A DNA stretch of 63,023 nucleotides, the filler included, from Salisapilia sapeloensis CBS 127946 (Eukaryota; Protista; Oomycota), in NCBI GenBank assembly GCA_023334545.1. It is 7 parts of 7 records of this genome, joined end to end, with 100 filler letters (N's around TTAATTAATTAA, not from the genome) between each part and the next. Parts side by side here need not be neighbours in the genome. Positions count along the whole stretch, not along the records: positions 49,106 to 59,284 come from JAADVB010000448.1; positions 59,385 to 60,407 come from JAADVB010001349.1; positions 60,508 to 61,854 come from JAADVB010001184.1; positions 61,955 to 63,023 come from JAADVB010001326.1; 3 more parts are not named here. One strand, 5' to 3'. A model generated the notes under the pieces. The model worked only from the letters and a program-made list of their open reading frames with translations, made no database searches and was not told where the DNA came from. The translations under genes were made by a program, and so were the position numbers. How positions within the stretch are numbered: the stretch's first letter is position 1; each line of letters starts with the position of its first letter. This document shows positions 56,351-63,023 of the stretch, one piece after another.

Positions 56351-57269
56351 CTTTTTGAAATAGTCTTGCGTTTGTACCCATTCTGCAATGTATGTAAAGC
56401 TTTACATAATGAAATTAGCTACAGGATCGAATTATTATTTACAAAAAATGTATGGCAGTAGCATACTTATTTACAACGTCTCTTATTAAGCCTCTATATA
56501 ATAATTTGTTTAAAATGCTCGTGTTACATTTCTAATTATGTTCACATCTCTAGCTGTACTCCAAAGTACTGTATGTTAGATCATAACTTCTATTAAATAG
56601 CTTTAAAATCCACCAAATCTAATTACCATCACATAAGAATATATACAAAGTTTAAATGTTCAAAATCCACGAAACCGAAGATTATAACAGAATTGAGTTA
56701 ATAAATCAAAAGTAGTTATTAAGGTTAAAAAAAAGATATCGCGCATAGGGTTTGTGCTATACTGTACATTTACACAAAAAGCTAAATATACTTGTACAAT
56801 TATAAAAAAGTTTGTTATGCAATGTTAAATCAATATGCAAAAATTAGGTGTTGCAATTATTATGTAAGCTCTCATTTATTTTAAAATACACCAATAATTT
56901 ATATGAAAAAAATTGTATCACTTAAAATTCTAACACATAAAAACATTACGTATTAACTTTAGATATAAAATAACTAATACTACATATTATTTCAAAAAGC
57001 CACAATAATTTTCAGTATAGCCTTGTTCTTTATTTAAATCCAAATAAAGAACCTATCAAGCTGGTCTAATAAGAAACATTTAAATATATTAAAAACATAG
57101 AGATAAAAAAGCGAAATTATATTTTCTAAGTTGTATTTAAGTACACTTTAAATGCTATCAAAAAACAACAAAATTTACGAATTTACATTCTGTTAAAAAA
57201 CACTATTTCTTTTGATTATCTTAGCAGTATATAAGAAATTCATAACAAACAAAGAAACAAAAATATACA

Positions 57270-59140
57270 TTGGATTTACACTAACAAATAGATTTACAAT
57301 TTACATAAATAAAAATTTAAAATATGCTAGTTAACATATAAAATTAAAAATGCTAATCACAACAATATAGAACACTTTTATAATGTACTATACGTATTAA
57401 CCATTAACATTTTAAAAATTAATATATGTAAAGATAAGTTGTTTAATAAATGTATTTAAAAACAATGAAAATTTATGCAGCATTTGGCTGTAAGTATTAA
57501 GCAAAATTTATAACATTGTTTTGTAGTAATACATAACACTATAAAAAAATTTGTTTTAAAAGCATCTAAGTGTATGCGATATTTTTTATTGTTATCTAGT
57601 TGTAGCAATTGTTGCAAAAGTTTATGTAGCAAATATACAGAGTTTGTTGTTAGTATATAGTATTCAAGTCAATTATTGTATTATATTGACAACAAAAAAT
57701 TTGATAGGTGCCGCATGTTTTCTTTTGCATTTGTAGTAAGCAGTATTAATTTTAATAAAATGCTAAATTATTATAACATTATAATACCCTAAATTTATAA
57801 AGCATTGTTTCCAAAATTGTAAAGTATTTATTACAACACAGCTTACATTGTGACACATGATATTTTTTATTTTGAAATAATTTTAAATATTTTAGGCTGT
57901 TTGTTTACTTATAAAAGGGCTTGATATAAGCATACAAATAAGTTTTAAGCAATAATTTTAGTCTATGTTTGACAAATAGGTGGCTTGTATAAAACTTATA
58001 AAGCTACAAAAGCTTTAAAATAGCTATATTGTATTTTCTTGTAAATAGGTGCCTTTTAATTGTATTTAATTTTTTTATAGATGACGCTAACAGTCAAACA
58101 TATTTATAAAGTTTTGTAGCTTAATCTTTTGCTAAGTGTATTTTAATAGATTTAATTATATTCGTACACGTATAATAAATTTTACATTGTTAATATTTAT
58201 CTTGACAAAAATGTATTAGTTTCTATTATTAAGAAGCTGTAGTAACAAGTAAGCAATATCAAGTTTCTCACAAGCAGAATATATAAATGCTGCTTTATCA
58301 CTTGTTATATTTTACAGCTTTAGTAATGTAACTCATATAAAATATGTGCTGTAATGTCAAATACAGAACTGATACAAATATCATTTGTATATATAACATT
58401 TAGTGTCTGCATCTTTAAAATATTATTTTACGTATAAGATTTTTAATTTATATGCAAAGTTATATGCAATTTAAGTATATACACTTTTAAAGTACTAACA
58501 AATACGACTTTGTAAATGTGTGCTGTTTTTGGTTACAGTGTTTGACAAAATTGACATTCAATAAGCCTTTAATTAAACATAAAATAGAGTCAAAATACTT
58601 ATACGATATATAAATTTTAGTTTTTTTTCTTTTATTTTGATAAGCAGACAAACCTTTTGTTTTTTATTTTTGTTTTTTTAGCGTGAGTGTGCAACTAATT
58701 ATGTTGTTTGCATATTATACGTAGACACTCAAAAAAAAATTATTTTTTATGTATTTAATGTTTAAAACATTACTCAGAATTAAACTTTTGTGTCTTTAAA
58801 CGCAATGAACTTGAAGTTTACATTGTGATCTTGTCTTGGTTTATGTTGTAGACCTTCTAGAAAAGACAAGCACTGTATTACGTTGCTATTTTGCAAAAAT
58901 TTTAGGATTGATAGTGTTTTGATGGGATGTTCTCTACATGTTCTAGTAATATGGGTCAAAGCTACTGTCCAATACTGGTGATAATGTCTGAGTAAATTTT
59001 ACTAAAATATTCTGATACTCTAAATATGTTTGATTTATTTGTTGATGCTGATCACTTGTTATTAGCAAAGAATTATACATACGACATATTATTTTGTTTT
59101 CGTAAATAGCTAGTCTTGATGCTGGTCAAACGACTAGATA
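57270..59140 (+). mobile_element. Extremely AT-shifted Ty1/Copia relic (integrase - RT - RNase H order)
   Basis: Integrase TPQQNGVAERMNRTL-like codons with mostly G>A/C>T changes (57278-57319). YV*DF at 58429, SQNTY exactly 53 codons later in frame (consensus spacing), MYLM..T at 58749, FVDADH at 59038-59055, W-SKR-like at 59123-59134. Confidence 0.62.
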
Positions 59141-59284
59141 GAATTTAGAATTCAGTGACGTTGTTGCTCAAAGCTCTCCCTGAAGTGTTCTACTCTCTAA
59201 ATGTTTGTATGTGTTGATTGCTCGACCACTAGCTAATCTCAAAGAAGTTTCGGTTGCTCGACTTTTTGGTCTCACTTTCATGCA

Positions 59285-59384
59285 NNNNNNNNNNNNNNNN
59301 NNNNNNNNNNNNNNNNNNNNNNNNNNNNTTAATTAATTAANNNNNNNNNNNNNNNNNNNNNNNNNNNNNNNNNNNNNNNNNNNN
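59285..59384. other. Artificial contig spacer
   Basis: 44 N + TTAATTAATTAA + 44 N. Confidence 0.97.
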
Positions 59385-59385
59385 C

Positions 59386-59436
59386 GGTGGTGGCCGTCGC
59401 GGTGGTGGTGGCGGTGGCGGTGGTCGCTACGACTAG
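59386..59436 (+). CDS. 3' end of a glycine-rich (RGG-like) protein, truncated by spacer
   Basis: GGGRRGGGGGGGGRYD* using GGT/GGC codons. Resembles tails of RNA-binding or cold-shock proteins. Confidence 0.55.
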   Translation, partial: GGGRRGGGGGGGGRYD

Positions 59437-60328
59437 GCGGTGGACACATGCGTCTGAACAGTAGCGTCGTTCGGAAAGCGTTCGTGGAATTCGTTCTCGT
59501 CTAATCCGAACAAAGATATCCGTTGAAATTCAATTCTCCTCAAGTCGTTGCATTCCAGCGCCTGTATTGACTTCGGATATGATGAGCTATCGTAGTCCAT
59601 CTACCATCGCTGCGACAAAGGTCCCCTTCGTTCGTCTCGTGAGCCATTTAGACTCTCAAACGTGAATAGCTTCGAACGAGTTGGCAGGATGGAGTCCGCA
59701 CGTGATGGAATAGAAACCTTCGAAGGAAGGCTCGACGGAGCTGAAGAGCCTCATGTCCGCCGAAACTGACAGACTGCAGGTCTCCAACTCGCGTGTCACT
59801 CGATGAGGCTCTTCCACTGGACAATGGATCTCGATTCTTCATCGTCATGACTCTGGAGCTTGTCGTATGCAGTACAAGACAGCACTAGACATTTTCCTAT
59901 CCATGCCAGACGGATCGTCAGTCGTCAGGTTATTTCTTTCATTCACGCGTGTGTGAGCCCGAAGCACCATCGGATTGCTACCTGGACGTCCCGGCATCTG
60001 GACATTTGTACATGTCGGAGCCAAGTCGCTCGCATCGATCGTGGGAAGAATTGCAGACGATTCTGTTTATCATTGCAGCCAATTTGCTTCCAATGTACCA
60101 TCTCTCTTATTCTAGGTTGTGAGCTTACGTGTAGGTCATCCTCCGTCGATCATGACTACGATGGTCGCCCACCTGCTGCACATATGCGATCAGAACGCTT
60201 CGTACCAATACACCCTGTCTCCTACAAGAATATCTTCAAGACGATAGCTCGAACGCAATGTACCGGTTCGAAAGCAAATAGATGATGTTATATTTGTCGC
60301 TTCCTGGCGTAAATAAGAATAAAACATC

Positions 60329-60407
60329 TTAGTTGGCGTGCTCCACCGGACGCTCCTCCTGCGGGTGCATCATCTCGTCCTTCTTGTCCTCACCCTTCAC
60401 CTTCATC
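60329..60407 (-). CDS. 3' end of an unidentified gene, truncated by spacer
   Basis: Open to the gap with strongly biased G/C-ending codons: MKVKGEDKKDEMMHPQEERPVEHAN*. Confidence 0.45.
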
Positions 60408-60507
60408 NNNNNNNNNNNNNNNNNNNNNNNNNNNNNNNNNNNNNNNNNNNNTTAATTAATTAANNNNNNNNNNNNNNNNNNNNNNNNNNNNNNNNNNNNN
60501 NNNNNNN
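60408..60507. other. Artificial contig spacer
   Basis: 44 N + TTAATTAATTAA + 44 N. Confidence 0.97.
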
Positions 60508-60744
60508 ACTGTCGCTATCCCCACCCTGCGCACTAGCAGCGACGTCGTTCAGCTTGGAGAGTCGGTCCTGGATGCGCTTCGACAGGTTGCTCGATGCGCC
60601 AACGCTGTCCACGGACGCCATCGCAGCCGAAGCGCTTCCGTTATCCTCCTCCATGTACGCCATGAGCTCCTCGCCAACGCTGCCTCCATAGTCTTCGGCC
60701 AGCGACTTGCGCTTCTGTCTCTTCGGTGCTGGCTTGGAGCTCAT
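60508..60744 (-). CDS. 5' end of an unidentified gene with an NLS-like N-terminus, truncated by spacer
   Basis: MSSKPAPKRQKRKSLAEDYGG..., open to the gap with genic codon usage. Confidence 0.6.
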
Positions 60745-61286
60745 TCGTATTGGACAACTCGTCAAGATTCAAAGCTGTCGTCTACAAGTACGAGGCACTA
60801 GATCGCTCGCTCTGCCTGGAAAGAAGGGCTGCGTCGTGTGCTCTTCCACTGGACAGGCTCAATAAATTGTCTTCATTCGGCCCAAGCTACAGACAAACTA
60901 CAACCACCGTTGACATTCCAAGTTTCCACTCCGCCACCAAATGTCCATGCGTACGTGAGAGCGTTGGAATGTCATTTTGACAGTCGAGTAGATAACGATG
61001 AACCGAACGCTTCCTACACATACAAACTCCTCTTTTCATTCTTCAATGCACGATGCGAAAGACCTTCCTTCAAATGGCTAGTAGCGTTCACATTAAGTGC
61101 AGATGAGGATGGTAATAGGCCGTGGTTCAACCGAAAAAGACCTTCCTTCGTGCTTACTCGTCACGATCAAGTCTCCACCTTCATATCGATCTTTGGCTCA
61201 ACATTTCTGCTTGTGTACTCATCATCGATTGCACGTCTAGAACTTTTTTTATTTGTGTAAACTTAATGAGAGGCTGCGATGGCTCT

Positions 61287-61854
61287 CTACTCGTCGCAGT
61301 CGGCGCTCTTCTCCGCCTCCAGATTGGTCTCTTGATGGTACGAGGCTTCCGCGTTGTCGTCATGGGTATTCGCGTTGACTTCTGCCTCACGGTGTAGGTT
61401 GGCATCGGCGTCTACGCCGTCCGTGCCAACACCAGCATCGACGCTGGCACCGCCGGCATTCGCAGCAACATCAGCTTCCAGACTGTCCACGTCGACGCTA
61501 GTATCGACACCGGCACCGCCAACCTTCGCATCAGCATCGACGTCCAGACTGTCCACATCCACTCCAGCACCGGCACTAACACCGCCAATACCAACATCAG
61601 CGCCGAGTTTGTGGTGTGCTTTGTCACTCGCAAGGTATGTAGCGCCATCTACCCCAGGATTTGTATTCGCATTTGCATCCGCGCCTGCATTGGCTTCATA
61701 GGCACCATGACCACCAACTAAGCTGCCAACGCCTCCGACTGCACCACCTACGCCGTGGGTCAAGCCATCGACATTCGCCAAGTGGCCAACGCCTCCAACT
61801 GCACCGTCGACGCTGTGGGTCAAACCATCGACATTCGCCAAGTGGCCAACGCCT
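61287..61854 (-). CDS. 3' part of a Gly/Ala/Val/Asp-rich repetitive protein, 5' truncated
   Basis: Open frame from the gap to the stop at 61287, containing 20-aa repeats and VD(V/A)D(A/S) runs. Confidence 0.7.
61725..61854 (-). repeat. 60-nt coding tandem repeat (GVGHLANVDGLTH(S/G)V(D/G)GAVG), at least 2 copies, running into the gap
   Basis: gtgggtcaa(g/a)ccatcgacattcgccaagtggccaacgcct recurs at 60-nt spacing. Confidence 0.85.
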
Positions 61855-61954
61855 NNNNNNNNNNNNNNNNNNNNNNNNNNNNNNNNNNNNNNNNNNNNTT
61901 AATTAATTAANNNNNNNNNNNNNNNNNNNNNNNNNNNNNNNNNNNNNNNNNNNN
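61855..61954. other. Artificial contig spacer
   Basis: 44 N + TTAATTAATTAA + 44 N. Confidence 0.97.
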
Positions 61955-61955
61955 C

Positions 61956-62468
61956 TGCAGCACTTGCGACCAATTTGTTAGTCAAGTCAATTCGTATAAA
62001 GTTGCTCGACAAGAAATTCGAGCTGGCAGATATGAAAAGGGGGGAAGTGGATCCACAATCGTTGAGCCATCCAGAATATCTCAGCTGGAGGAAGAGACAA
62101 GAGGTTTATCGGGCACAGAATCCTGCGTTGGTGAAGTATACGAGTTTGAGTCGGATCAACATAGCCCTTCGACTACAGACTCACTTAGCGCCTTTGCTCA
62201 GCTAACATCGACAAGTGAAAGTGTAAAAATAGCTGAGCCGAAAGGGAGATCATCGGGTAAAGGTGCTGTCGTGCGAGGGGATTCAAAGTGTGAAGACGAA
62301 TTGGATACAATGATTGAAAATGTATGGAGAGGCAGTATTTCTGAACTCGATCTAAATGATCAAGAGCGTGGTCGGCAACTGGCTTGGCTAAAGATGACTG
62401 AGCTGCGACTTCGTGAAGGGGATTCGGCAAATGTTGGATCTAAGGATGAAGAGAAACTCGATGCTTAA
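61956..62468 (+). CDS. 3' part of an unidentified gene; the frame is open from the gap, but the ORF track shows only its last 65 codons
   Basis: About 170 stop-free codons from tgc at 61956 (CSTCDQFVSQ...KLDA*), in frame with track ORF 62271-62468. Confidence 0.5.
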   Translation, partial: CSTCDQFVSQVNSYKVARQEIRAGRYEKGGSGSTIVEPSRISQLEEETRGLSGTESCVGEVYEFESDQHSPSTTDSLSAFAQLTSTSESVKIAEPKGRSSGKGAVVRGDSKCEDELDTMIENVWRGSISELDLNDQERGRQLAWLKMTELRLREGDSANVGSKDEEKLDA

Positions 62469-62542
62469 ATTTTACTGAAGTTGATTTTTACATATGTTTT
62501 AAATTTATTTTTGATGGGCTTTGTTTAAACTGGATTACCACG

Positions 62543-62794
62543 TATTACGGGGTTTCAAACCTCCCTAAAAATGCTTCATCTCTCTTAAATAAGATTCTCA
62601 TTTTCGGCTCTACTGATCTTATTTTCAAAATAAGATAAACCACTTCCGGAGGTTCTTCATCTTATTTGAAGATTGCCTGATTCATGAGCGCTCAAAAATA
62701 AAAGTTCAATTTTCTAGGAGTTATGTCCGATTAGTTGACAATCAGACACCTCATTATATTTTGCGATTTTGACAAGTTTGACAAACCCTAATAA
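62543..62794. mobile_element. Candidate MITE (PIF/Harbinger-Tourist-like), about 250 bp
   Basis: Imperfect terminal inverted repeats: left TATTACGGGGTTTCAAAC versus reverse complement of right TATTAGGGTTTGTCAAAC, with TTA/TAA at the flanks. Four alternating AAATAAGAT motifs (62587, 62616, 62628, 62659). The right half recurs at 1-110. Confidence 0.45.
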
Positions 62795-63023
62795 ATGCTA
62801 AATTCATCAGCCCATGTTAGATGCAATTTATGCATCATTTCTCTCCCCTTCCTTCCAACCTACATTAGTCGGATCATCTTGTCGAAGTCGCAGCTCAGTC
62901 ATCTTTAGCCACGCTAGCTGCCGATCACGCTCTCGGTCTTTCAAATCAAGCTCCACCGAGCTGGTCCTCCATACATTTTCAATTATCATATCCCATTCCT
63001 CTGAATCAGTCGAAGCGCCTCGC

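Noticed and set aside
56600-58850. AT island as a mitochondrial insertion (NUMT), giant-virus fragment or classical CpA RIP
   Set aside because: No organellar or viral ORFs or RNA genes were recognised, the island carries Copia motifs in order, and CpA/TpG are abundant rather than depleted, which is opposite to ascomycete RIP.
59560-60290. Short ORFs between the Gly-rich gene end and the next gene end
   Set aside because: No consistent exon chain or motif could be assembled; left unannotated.
23494-61954. Six identical TTAATTAATTAA motifs as a biological repeat or CRISPR-like array; ORFs containing X runs
   Set aside because: Each motif is centred in exactly 88 N and encodes six-frame stops, so it is an assembly linker. 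ORFs crossing the linkers are artefacts and cross-gap synteny cannot be used.

Overview
Eukaryotic nuclear DNA, most likely an oomycete. The evidence is an oomycete-type delta-12 desaturase, a KRE6/SKN1-like glucan protein, a secreted CBM1 protein with an INR+FPR core promoter, a TKL-family kinase with the oomycete N-terminal helical domain, and short GT-AG introns. The window is seven contigs joined by six artificial 100-nt spacers (44 N + TTAATTAATTAA + 44 N), so adjacency across spacers is unverified. About 23 complete or near-complete protein genes, several partial CDSs at contig ends and one tRNA-Phe(GAA) are packed very tightly, often as divergent or convergent pairs only 40-120 bp apart. 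The ORF track misses the transposon content. Manual translation across frameshifts gives four decayed Ty1/Copia pol relics (about 111-1010 +, 35970-36420 +, 55090-56350 -, 57270-59140 +) and a candidate Harbinger/Tourist-like MITE (62543-62794, with its right end also at 1-110). The strongest lead is the gene-free island at about 52.6-59.3 kb. There a Copia fossil has fallen to about 22% GC with a strand-symmetric loss of TpC, CpC and CpG, while GpC is over-represented and CpA is kept. This differs from fungal CpA RIP and could point to an undescribed repeat-hypermutation process, possibly in (peri)centromeric chromatin. Other leads are an MLKL-like helical bundle-pseudokinase-ARM-TPR fusion, a secreted CBM1 protein with His/Gly/Tyr and acidic repeats, a mitochondrion-targeted RNase III, and an EF-hand/SLC25A42-like carrier. 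All counts and alignments were done by hand and need computational confirmation.
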